This document shows, one piece after another, positions 1-8,118 of a stretch of 45,728 bases of DNA (positions are counted from its first letter, which is position 1; every line of letters starts with the position of its first letter). The translations under genes and the position numbers were made by a program. Location: assembly GCA_038245785.1 (NCBI GenBank), contig JBBRSB010000036.1, positions 1-45,728 on the forward strand. Direction: 5' to 3'. Origin of the DNA: Gloeobacterales cyanobacterium (GTDB taxonomy: Bacteria; Cyanobacteriota; Cyanobacteriia; Gloeobacterales; PMM-0068). The notes beneath the pieces were generated by a model. That model worked only from the letters and a program-made list of their open reading frames with translations. It was not told where the DNA came from and did no database searches.

Positions 1-187
1 CTGAGATGGTAATGGGCATTCCTCGCAGTGGGTAGTGCTGGGAAGTCTTCTGCTCTGTCTCACAAGGAACAATCCGAGCAACTGGAATGCCATTCCGAGT
101 AATGACAATTTCAGCTTGCGTAGCAGTCACCTCATCAAGTAGCGCTGTAAGAGTGCCATCTGTCTCTTGGATAGTGAGGTATTTCAT
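1..187 (-). CDS. Phd/YefM (prevent-host-death) family antitoxin, 3' end outside window
   Basis: Manual minus-strand translation from ATG at 187: MKYLTIQETDGTLTALLDEVTATQAEIVITRNGIPVARIVP..., matching the Phd pattern LLDEV...EIVITRNGxPVARIVP. Not in the ORF track because it runs off the edge. Confidence 0.85.
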   Translation of the reverse strand, partial: MKYLTIQETDGTLTALLDEVTATQAEIVITRNGIPVARIVPCETEQKTSQHYPLRGMPITIS

Positions 188-243
188 CCCGCCCAATTCT
201 CAACCATTGCTTCACGCCCTTATTTCAGCTGGATTAACTATTC

Positions 244-340
244 AGGGAAAGCTCTTCAAAAGCGGCATCGTTGGCGTTGGGGACAGACATTATCGTGACT
301 TTGTGCTCACATCATCAGGGTACCCGATAGTTTGAGCCGT
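244..340. repeat. Copy 1 of a 97-bp diverged direct repeat (copy 2 at 2184-2280)
   Basis: Ungapped manual alignment, about 80 of 97 positions identical, offset 1940 bp. Confidence 0.9.
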
Positions 341-386
341 ATTATCTAAGCGACCGAATTCTAGCCTAGACATCTTCAGCCTCTAT

Positions 387-408
387 TAGGTGACGAATAG
401 GTGACGAA
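387..408 (+). repeat. Perfect 11-bp tandem repeat TAGGTGACGAA x2
   Basis: Seen at 387-397 and 398-408; partial third copy GGGTGACTAA at 433-442. Confidence 0.75.
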
Positions 409-618
409 ACCTAGGCAATCCACTTTACACTTGGGTGACTAAATCTTCCCTCGATGGCATGGTTTGTTCGTGGGGAGCGCCTGATATCGACTGGCTAAGG
501 AGGAGGATTCTCTAGGGCTATCTGTCCGTGTCCTGTGTTAAATTCCTACGAGGTTATCTAGAGAATAAGGTTTTGTTGTTATGCTAGGGCTTGAGGGCAA
601 GTAGTTAAAGTCAAATGG

Positions 619-1017
619 GTGGTCCGTCCCGTGGATATTTTAATTAAGTCAACGAAAGATTTTGAGAGAGATCTTAAGGAGCTGAACGAAACCGAGAGAG
701 CAGAAGCTATTGAAGCAATCAACCATTGCGCTAGCCTCTTCCCAACCCATAAAGCCGATGTGTATCTTAAGCTGCTTTCTCCATCCCAGCCTTTATCTCT
801 TATTAACGATTACGAATCTTCGCTCTATAACCTACGAGTTGCTCAAAATTTAGAAGTAGTTTTGGCCGTTGACGAAGATCCTATTTTTGGACAAGTTGTC
901 TTTACTCTTTTTCGAGCAGTCAAACACGATAACCTCGATGAAGCGTACAAGAGTGTGGCAGAGTCCTTATATCAAGGGCTACTTCACCACAATCGAGAAA
1001 CTGCCCAGATCTCGTAA
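619..1017 (+). CDS. Hypothetical protein with RelE/ParE-like sequence pattern
   Basis: 132-aa ORF; I-x-S-T-x-x-F-ERDLKEL N-terminus and LYNLRV..LEVVLAVD..LFRAVKH C-terminal strands resemble the RelE fold. Confidence 0.55.
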   Translation: MVRPVDILIKSTKDFERDLKELNETERAEAIEAINHCASLFPTHKADVYLKLLSPSQPLSLINDYESSLYNLRVAQNLEVVLAVDEDPIFGQVVFTLFRAVKHDNLDEAYKSVAESLYQGLLHHNRETAQIS

Positions 1018-1025
1018 GCTTGTTT

Positions 1026-1361
1026 ATGGCACAAACCCTTACTCTCTGCGATGAATATGGCATTATTTACGAAGCCATGAAAACTTTGCCAGACAACGAG
1101 CTCAAGATTGATTTTCTTGAAGCCTTGGCAGAGCTTGAAGACAAAGAGTGTCACAGAACAAGAAAATTTCCAAAAACGAGACTGTATAGGATAAGCGGGG
1201 TGAAGCAGGCAATTTATCGTGCTGATATTAATAAAGTCTCAGGTTGGCGAATCCACGTCCAATACATCAATGGGCAAATTCACCTCAAGGACATTATTGA
1301 GGGGCAAAGACACGATGATGTAATTCAGGTTATTAAATCTAAAAAATCACGATACGAATGA
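1026..1361 (+). CDS. Hypothetical protein, possible RelE-like fold
   Basis: ATG at 1026, 8 bp after the previous stop; basic protein with IYRADI..GWRIHVQY..IHLKDI..GQRHD pattern. Confidence 0.5.
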   Translation: MAQTLTLCDEYGIIYEAMKTLPDNELKIDFLEALAELEDKECHRTRKFPKTRLYRISGVKQAIYRADINKVSGWRIHVQYINGQIHLKDIIEGQRHDDVIQVIKSKKSRYE

Positions 1362-1440
1362 CCCTCAATCTTGCCTAGCGTAGGGTTTATAGTACTCCTC
1401 TTCCCTAGTCCCGTCTTAACCTATATTGGGCCGCGCCATT

Positions 1441-1683
1441 ATGAGTTTGGTAGTTTCAGATGACCTCATAAAAGCAAGTGGCTTATCAGAATGCGAATTA
1501 TTGCTGGAAATTGTGCTTATGCTTTTCCAACAAGACAAAATTAGTTTGGGGAAAGCTAGTGAGTTGATGGGGATGCACCGGATGGAATTTCAAAAACTGC
1601 TTGACGATCGAGGAATTTGTGTTCACTACGATGTAGCTGAATTCCAACAGGACCTTAAAACCTTGCGAGAAGCAGGTTGGTAA
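1441..1683 (+). CDS. UPF0175 family antitoxin
   Basis: MSLVVSDDLI..LFQQDKISLGKASELMGMHRMEFQKLL..HYDVAEFQQDLKTL is the typical UPF0175 signature; ATG at 1441. Confidence 0.9.
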   Translation: MSLVVSDDLIKASGLSECELLLEIVLMLFQQDKISLGKASELMGMHRMEFQKLLDDRGICVHYDVAEFQQDLKTLREAGW

Positions 1684-1771
1684 TGACCATCGCAATACTT
1701 CGCCAATCTCGAATCTGGCGAAGGTTGGGCGGCTAAATTTGATGAAGTTCTATAGTTTCATCTCAGTTCCT
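1683..1771 (+). pseudogene. Frameshifted, truncated DUF3368 (PIN-domain) toxin
   Basis: TAATG overlap with the UPF0175 stop; after a frameshift reads NTSPISNLAKVGRLNLMKFYSFISVP, the DUF3368 N-terminal motif; homology lost after about 25 codons. Confidence 0.75.
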
Positions 1772-1782
1772 CGGCGTGATCC

Positions 1783-2025
1783 TTATTGCTTCGTTGACCT
1801 TATTGGAAAGATTATTTGGTTCTCTGTGTATTTACAGGTAAAACCTGAATCACCACGATAATTGCGGCATCCCCAAAAATCTCTGGAGTTGACAAGATTG
1901 CTCTGTATAACGACAGGAGGGAAAGCTATTGCACCCAACAAAGGTGCTACTGTTCTTGCCCTTTTTCAGAATGAGGTTACCTGTCTTGCATTTTGGACAG
2001 ACCACACCACCAAACGAATCGGCGC
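1783..2025 (-). pseudogene. Remnant with topoisomerase-type C4 zinc ribbons
   Basis: Minus strand reads VVCPKCKTGNLILKKGKNSSTFVGCNSFPSCRYTE and, in another frame, DFWGCRNYRGDSGFTCKYTE; in-frame stop just upstream. Confidence 0.75.
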
Positions 2026-2183
2026 TTCAAAATTACATTGCTTCTACTCGCTGAGTGTAGCGACTTCCCCAAGAAGCAGATAGCTGAAGGCTCCAAGACT
2101 TAAGGTGCAAAATAGCCTCGACTCTCTTCTGAGCAACTTCTGCAGGCATCGCGTTCAAGCGAGCACGCTCATGTAGCTTACTA

Positions 2184-2280
2184 AGGGCGAGCTTTTCAAA
2201 CGCGGCATTGTTGGCGTTAGGGACAGACATTATCGTGATTCTATGTTCACATAATTAGCGTATCCGATAGATTGGGCTGT
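2184..2280. repeat. Copy 2 of the 97-bp diverged direct repeat
   Basis: Aligns ungapped to 244-340. Confidence 0.9.
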
Positions 2281-2414
2281 CATGAGCCCCACGCCTAAAA
2301 ACAGATGTAGCTAGCACCGATAAGTTGCTATGTGACAGTGGATGACAGTTAAGAGGCTCAAAGTGGGAATACTGCCTTATATCAGAGCAGATATCTCCTA
2401 GTGAACAGGTAATC

Positions 2415-5400
2415 ATGCAACCGCAGCCACTCGATTCCGGTCTGGACATCTTCAACCTCCGGGACGAAGTGATTGGAGACTATCGGAACTACATCAAGAG
2501 CTTCCTCAAAATTCGGGATGAGCGGGTTGATTCCTTTGTCCAGGAAGAACTTGAGCGCGGGGAGCTGTGGCCTGCTCCCCTGATTCAAATGAATCCCTCC
2601 TACAAAGAGGGTGAGAATGTCGCAGCATTAGTACAGCAAGGGGTGTTGCATCCAGCGTGCACAAACTACTTTGCCAAGGATGGAGTCCCTTACACCTTTC
2701 GTTATCACCAAGTTCAAGCCTTTTTAGCCGCCCAGCGTCGTGAATCCTATGTCCTGACTACGGGCACAGGTTCAGGCAAGAGCATGACCTATGTGGTGCC
2801 AATTATCGACGATATCCTGCGAAATCCTCAAATCCAGGGGGTCCGAGCGATTCTGGTCTATCCGATGAATGCGCTCATCAACTCCCAAAAAGAAGAATTC
2901 GACAAATTTCTCAAGACTGTTCCAGGCTCCCCCATTCGCGTTGAACAGTACACCGGACAAGAGAGCCTCGCTAAGAAAAGTGCAATCCAGGAGAATCCGC
3001 CCCAGATTTTGCTCACCAATTACGTGATGCTGGAGCTGATGCTCAGCCGCACCCACGAAAACAAGCTGGTAGAGTCCCCCAATCTAAACTTTCTCATCCT
3101 GGATGAACTCCATACCTATCGAGGTCGTCAGGGAGCCGATGTCGCCCTTCTGGTTCGCAAACTGCGTCAGCGCTGTGGTCAAGACTTTCTCTGTATTGGC
3201 ACAAGCGCTACTATGTCCACCGAAGGAAGCCGAGAGAATCGGCGGCAAACCGTCGCTGGAGTGGCCAGCAAGCTCTTTGGGGTTGAAGTAGAACCAAACA
3301 ACGTTATCGATGAAACGTTGAAACGCTCCATTCAGCGTCCAGATCCCACCGTTGAAGAGTTAATGGCAGTTATAGTCACCCCTTTTCCTCCAGTAGATGA
3401 ACAAACTAAGGCAGCTTTTTTGAAGCATCCTTTGGCAGCCTGGATGGAACAGGCTTTTGGCCTTAAGGATGAAGAGGGTTTCTTGGTCCGGCGCGTGCCT
3501 ATTTCTCTCAAAGAGGGTGCCGTTCAGTTAGCGCTAATTACAGGAGGAGAAGAAGAGTCCTGCTTGGAGAAGCTCAAACAGATGTTCCTCTGGGGAAGCC
3601 GCACCAAGGGATTAGCCTTCCGGTTGCACCAGTTTGTTTCTCAAGGCGGAAGTGTCTATGCCACCATCGAAGCGCAAGAGAATCGTTTCCTGACTTTAGA
3701 AGGCCAGTACACCACAACAGATGACCGCCTGCTCTATCCTCTGGTGTTCTGTCGAGAATGTGGTCAGGACTACTACGCGGTGAGCTATAACAGCGAGCAG
3801 CAAGTAGTCAATCCGCTCATCCCCACAGCCCTTGACGCGAATGAGGATGGTACTGATATCCATGAAGGTTACCTGACGCTGGATGAACCCGATTTATGGA
3901 GTGAGAACGAAGAAGACCGTCTTCCTGATAACTGGTTCAAAGAACTCAAGAAGCTAGGGCGTGTACCCAAAAAAGAATATGTGGAATTCATCCCCCAGCG
4001 GCTTCAGATTTTGCCCGATGGACAAGTTACGTCCTCCATCCTGAAGGGCAAAACCTGCTGGTTTATCAAAAAGCCGTTTCTCACCTGTCTGAATTGTGGT
4101 GTTGTTCACGATAAGCGCAAGAAGGAGTTCACCAAATTATCCCGCCTCAGCAGTGAAGGACGGAGCACCGCCACGACACTCCTTTGTCTATCCACCGTCA
4201 ATCGCCTGAAGACCAGCGGGGCAGTCCTACCCCAAGCCCAGAAGATTCTTAGCTTTACCGATAACCGCCAGGATGCCTCCCTGCAAGCAGGTCACTTCAA
4301 TGACTTTGTGCAAACGAGTCTATTGCGTCTGGCCTTAAATGGAGCCCTTCAGATCCATGGACAGCTTACCCATACCCAGTTGGCTAAACGGGTGGTTGAG
4401 CAGATGGGAGTCAGCCAAGAGAGCTATGCCAAACAGCTTTCAGCCTATGACGGTCCCGGCAAACGTCGCAACGAAAAGGTCTTTCAGCAGTTAATTGAAT
4501 ATCGCCTCTACGAAGACCTGCGTAAGGGCTGGCGATTGGTACAACCGAACTTGGAACAGTGCGGGTTGCTAAAGATTGACTATGACGGCTTAGAGAATGT
4601 TTGCCAGGACGAGCGACTTTGGCAAGCTCATCCTCACGGGCTCCTGTTGAGAGCTACGCACCTAGAGCGATTAACAGTCGTTAGAGCATTTCTAGATCAG
4701 CTTAGAAAAGACCTCGTGATCGATGCCGACTTAATACAGCCGGATCAGATAGAACAATTGAAAAGGGAAGTAAGCCAGGCGATTAAAGATCCTTGGGCTT
4801 TCGATCCCTATGAGCTACCGCACCAAGCGCGATGGGCCGCTTTGGATGGCGACAGCAAAGATACGGTCAAACTCACGTCTCGCAGTAAGATTGGTCGATT
4901 TTTGCGCTCTGAGCGGGCTTGGCCCTGGCTCACTCAGCCTATCGCTGAAACAGACTACGATGCCCTGATCCGAGCCTTGGTCCTTGCTTTAGCCGATGCC
5001 GGATTTTTGATTCAACAAAAGAATCAGGTCAAACTACGGATAGATGCCATGATTTGGCACGCTGCGAAAGCAAACCACATTACGCCCGACCCGATGACCT
5101 CTCGCCGCCTACAGGGTAGCGAAGATGCAAAACTTGAAGTGAATCGCTTCTTTCAAGATTTCTATAGTCAGGGATGCGACCGTATCCAGAACATGGAAGG
5201 TCGAGAGCACACAGGACAAGTGAGCAATGACCGACGCAAAGAGAGAGAAACTCAGTTTCGCGAAGGCCGATTAGCGACTCTATTCTGCTCTCCGACAATG
5301 GAGTTGGGCATTGACATCTCAGACCTCAACGTTGTCCATATGCGAAACGCACCGCCTAACCCGGCAAACTATGCCCAGCGTAGCGGTCGGGCTGGACGCA

Positions 5401-7466
5401 GCGGTCAAGCAGCCTTGGTGCTGACCTACGCCGCTGTCGGCAGTGGCCATGACCAGTATTTCTTTAAGCGACAAGACCAGATGGTAGCTGGGGTTGTTGT
5501 TCCTCCCAAGCTAGAGCTAGGCAACCAGGATTTAGTTAAAGCCCATGTTCATTCCCTATGGTTAGCGCACACGGGGGTCTATCTAGACCACTCCATGAAC
5601 CAGATTTTGGATCTGGACACTGAAGGATACCCACTGAAAACAAGCGTCCGAGATGCCCTCCAACTATCTCCGGTCACGCTGCAAAAATGCTTTCAGGCTG
5701 CCCAGCAAATTCTTGCCGATTCCTTCTGCCAGACAGACCTAAACCACACAAGTTGGTACACGCCCCATTGGCTCAAAGATGCTTTAGAAAATGCGCTAAA
5801 CAGCTTTGATAAAGCCTGTGGTCGTTGGCGAGAACTTTACCAGGACGCAAGTATCCAGCTTGAGAAAGCGCGTCAGGCCATTGACCGTTCTGCAAAAGGA
5901 ATGGTTTCTCAGGAAGAGCGCAACCAGGCTGAGAATCTGGAACGGGAGTCTCGCCGACAAATCGATTTACTGGTAGGCCAGAGTAAAGGGCAGAATCAAT
6001 CTCAGCTTGAGTTCTATCCCTATCGCTATTTCGCGGCTGAAGGCTTCCTGCCCGGATACAATTTCCCTCGTTTGCCTGTACGGGCTTATATTTCCGCAGG
6101 GGAGCAAAGCGAATTTATTACCCGTCCGCGTGCAGTAGCCATTCGCGAGTTTGCCCCTGGCAATATCGTTTACTTCGAGGGCAATAAGTTCCAAATTAGT
6201 AAAACCCGAATTCCGGTTCGAGGCATTGATGAAAACTACCAAAGGGTTGCAGTCTGTCATACCTGTGGCTATTTTCATACAGGCGATGACTGGCAACGGG
6301 AAATATGTGAAAATTGCGGGTCTCAACTGGGAGCAGGGAAAGATGGTACACCTGCTAAGCTCAGTCGGGTTTTATCCATGGATACGCTGTTAACTCGTCG
6401 TCGGGAGAGGATTACCTGTGACGAAGAAGAACGACTGAAGTACGGCTACAACGTTACAACCCACTTCCGTTTTGATAAGCAAAAGCAGGAGATAGCAACG
6501 GTTGTGGCTGAGGACGGCACCCCCCTGCTCAAGCTGACCTATGGGGATACCGCCAACATCTGGCGGATTAATCGTGGACCCCGCAATAGTGAAGAGCGTG
6601 GCTTCAAGCTAGACACCGCAACAGGAGTTTGGGGAGAGCCTCGCCAAGCGCAAGACCTGTCCCAGTCCTCATCAACCGTACAGAATGAAGTGCATCTAAT
6701 GGTGAGTGACACCAGCAACGTCCTGCTCATCGAGCCTCTGGACATCCCACAACAAGGTACAGAAGCTTTCTTAGCGAGCTTCCAATATGTCTTGGAGCGC
6801 TCTATTCAAGCGGCTTATAAATTAGAAGAGTCCGAACTGGCTTCAGAACGGCTGGGGGAAGGTAAGCACCTTCTATTTTGGGAAGCGGCTGAAGGAGGTG
6901 CTGGAGTCCTCTCGCAAATTTTGGAAAATCCCCAGTCCTTTCAGCGCTTAGCAGAAGAGGCCATGGATATTTGCCACTTCCCCCATGGCAAAGAGAGCTG
7001 TGCCAAAGCGTGCTACGAGTGCCTGCTCTCCTACCGGAATCAGTTCGACCATCCTCTGTTAGACCGGAATGTCGTCCGCCCCTACCTTATGCAACTCACA
7101 ACCAGCACTCTTAAACGTCATAGCCAAGGCATATCCCGTGAGGAGCAATATCACCGTTTAAGAGCACAAACAGACCCCAACTCGACCTTCGAGAGAGAAT
7201 TTTTAGATGAACTATACAAGCAAGGTATAAAACTCCCAGATTCAACCCAAGAGCTAATCACAGAGGTTAGTTTAAAGCCTGATTTTGTCTATAAAACAGA
7301 GAAGATTGCCATCTTCTGTGATGGTTCAGTCCACGACCATCCTGAGAAAAAAGAAAAGGACCGAATTGAAAGAGAAAATCTGAAATACTCAGCCGGATAC
7401 CACGTCTTAGTCTTCCGCTACGACGAAGATTGGCGAGCAAAGCTGACCGTTCTTTCTTCAATTTAG
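2415..7466 (+). CDS. Large SF2 DEAD/DEAH helicase with Zn-binding inserts, DUF1998 (MZB) and C-terminal DUF559/Vsr-like nuclease domain (YprA/Hrq1/DruE-like family)
   Basis: Motifs TTGTGSGKS, YPMNAL, DELH, SAT, TMELGID, QRSGRAGR; CxxC pairs; CAKACYECLLSYRNQ (DUF1998); PDFVY..IAIFCDGSVHD..GYHVLVFRY. Confidence 0.9.
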   Translation: MQPQPLDSGLDIFNLRDEVIGDYRNYIKSFLKIRDERVDSFVQEELERGELWPAPLIQMNPSYKEGENVAALVQQGVLHPACTNYFAKDGVPYTFRYHQVQAFLAAQRRESYVLTTGTGSGKSMTYVVPIIDDILRNPQIQGVRAILVYPMNALINSQKEEFDKFLKTVPGSPIRVEQYTGQESLAKKSAIQENPPQILLTNYVMLELMLSRTHENKLVESPNLNFLILDELHTYRGRQGADVALLVRKLRQRCGQDFLCIGTSATMSTEGSRENRRQTVAGVASKLFGVEVEPNNVIDETLKRSIQRPDPTVEELMAVIVTPFPPVDEQTKAAFLKHPLAAWMEQAFGLKDEEGFLVRRVPISLKEGAVQLALITGGEEESCLEKLKQMFLWGSRTKGLAFRLHQFVSQGGSVYATIEAQENRFLTLEGQYTTTDDRLLYPLVFCRECGQDYYAVSYNSEQQVVNPLIPTALDANEDGTDIHEGYLTLDEPDLWSENEEDRLPDNWFKELKKLGRVPKKEYVEFIPQRLQILPDGQVTSSILKGKTCWFIKKPFLTCLNCGVVHDKRKKEFTKLSRLSSEGRSTATTLLCLSTVNRLKTSGAVLPQAQKILSFTDNRQDASLQAGHFNDFVQTSLLRLALNGALQIHGQLTHTQLAKRVVEQMGVSQESYAKQLSAYDGPGKRRNEKVFQQLIEYRLYEDLRKGWRLVQPNLEQCGLLKIDYDGLENVCQDERLWQAHPHGLLLRATHLERLTVVRAFLDQLRKDLVIDADLIQPDQIEQLKREVSQAIKDPWAFDPYELPHQARWAALDGDSKDTVKLTSRSKIGRFLRSERAWPWLTQPIAETDYDALIRALVLALADAGFLIQQKNQVKLRIDAMIWHAAKANHITPDPMTSRRLQGSEDAKLEVNRFFQDFYSQGCDRIQNMEGREHTGQVSNDRRKERETQFREGRLATLFCSPTMELGIDISDLNVVHMRNAPPNPANYAQRSGRAGRSGQAALVLTYAAVGSGHDQYFFKRQDQMVAGVVVPPKLELGNQDLVKAHVHSLWLAHTGVYLDHSMNQILDLDTEGYPLKTSVRDALQLSPVTLQKCFQAAQQILADSFCQTDLNHTSWYTPHWLKDALENALNSFDKACGRWRELYQDASIQLEKARQAIDRSAKGMVSQEERNQAENLERESRRQIDLLVGQSKGQNQSQLEFYPYRYFAAEGFLPGYNFPRLPVRAYISAGEQSEFITRPRAVAIREFAPGNIVYFEGNKFQISKTRIPVRGIDENYQRVAVCHTCGYFHTGDDWQREICENCGSQLGAGKDGTPAKLSRVLSMDTLLTRRRERITCDEEERLKYGYNVTTHFRFDKQKQEIATVVAEDGTPLLKLTYGDTANIWRINRGPRNSEERGFKLDTATGVWGEPRQAQDLSQSSSTVQNEVHLMVSDTSNVLLIEPLDIPQQGTEAFLASFQYVLERSIQAAYKLEESELASERLGEGKHLLFWEAAEGGAGVLSQILENPQSFQRLAEEAMDICHFPHGKESCAKACYECLLSYRNQFDHPLLDRNVVRPYLMQLTTSTLKRHSQGISREEQYHRLRAQTDPNSTFEREFLDELYKQGIKLPDSTQELITEVSLKPDFVYKTEKIAIFCDGSVHDHPEKKEKDRIERENLKYSAGYHVLVFRYDEDWRAKLTVLSSI

Positions 7467-7524
7467 GCACAATACAATGTTGCTAGAGCCATCCTCCTTA
7501 TCACCTCCTCAACTGGAGCCGCAC

Positions 7525-7962
7525 ATGCAGACCACAACCCTCTATGACCAAGACTTCTACGCCTGGACTCAGCGCCAGGTAGAGCTACTGAAAGCGGGAC
7601 AGTGGGAGCAAGTCGATATTGAGAACTTGATTGAGGAGATTGAGTCCTTAGGTAAGCAACAACGCCAAGAGTTACGCAATCGTCTCGGAGTACTCCTGGG
7701 GCATCTCCTCAAGTGGCGCTATCAACCCGAAGCCCGATCAAGAAGTTGGACCGCAACCATTCGGGAACAGCGTCAGAAGATTCAAGACCATCTCGAAGAA
7801 AACCCCAGCCTGAAATCCTATCTCCCCGAGGCCATCAGTAAAGCTTACAAATATGGGTTGGCCTTGGTTGAACGGGAAACCCCGATAGAGATGAAGAGAC
7901 TTCCCCCAACCTGTCCCTTTTCTATCTCGGAAATTTTCGAGGAACCAGTGGAACTAGATTAG
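7525..7962 (+). CDS. DUF29 family protein
   Basis: LYDQDFYAW..DIENLIEEIESLG..LLGHLLKWRYQP..SW..TIREQR..NPSLK; likely ATG at 7525. Confidence 0.92.
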   Translation: MQTTTLYDQDFYAWTQRQVELLKAGQWEQVDIENLIEEIESLGKQQRQELRNRLGVLLGHLLKWRYQPEARSRSWTATIREQRQKIQDHLEENPSLKSYLPEAISKAYKYGLALVERETPIEMKRLPPTCPFSISEIFEEPVELD

Positions 7963-8033
7963 TTTCGGGGAGCAATCGCTACTTCGGCTGCCCTTTCCTC
8001 TAAATAAAGGTTTGAGCTGACGAGAACATACTC

Positions 8034-8087
8034 CTCATCAAGTTTTCATGTCACACTAAGCCCATTTTGGGATTGATCAACGATACT
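8034..8087 (+). promoter_or_regulatory. Phased YTCA-N7 repeats plus -10-like box
   Basis: CTCA(8034)-N7-TTCA(8045)-N7-CTAA(8056), then GATACT at 8082; same spacing recurs at 10142-10195. Confidence 0.55.
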
Positions 8088-8118
8088 CCAGAGAATATTC
8101 CCCAAGAAGGTATGACCG

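Noticed and set aside
87..335. 82-aa plus-strand ORF
   Set aside because: Antisense shadow of the Phd antitoxin and the repeat; no recognisable motif
1862..2083. 73-aa plus-strand ORF
   Set aside because: Opposite strand carries the clear Zn-ribbon remnant
2033..2230. 65-aa ORF as a TnsB/Mu transposase N-terminus
   Set aside because: Only a vague AQKRVEAI resemblance; no DDE domain or transposon ends
2333..2349. TGACAGT x2 as a Tn7/CAST end
   Set aside because: Too short, no terminal TGT-ACA and no tns genes
2415..7466. Calling a complete DISARM or Druantia system
   Set aside because: No methyltransferase, SNF2, PLD or DruH partner in the window
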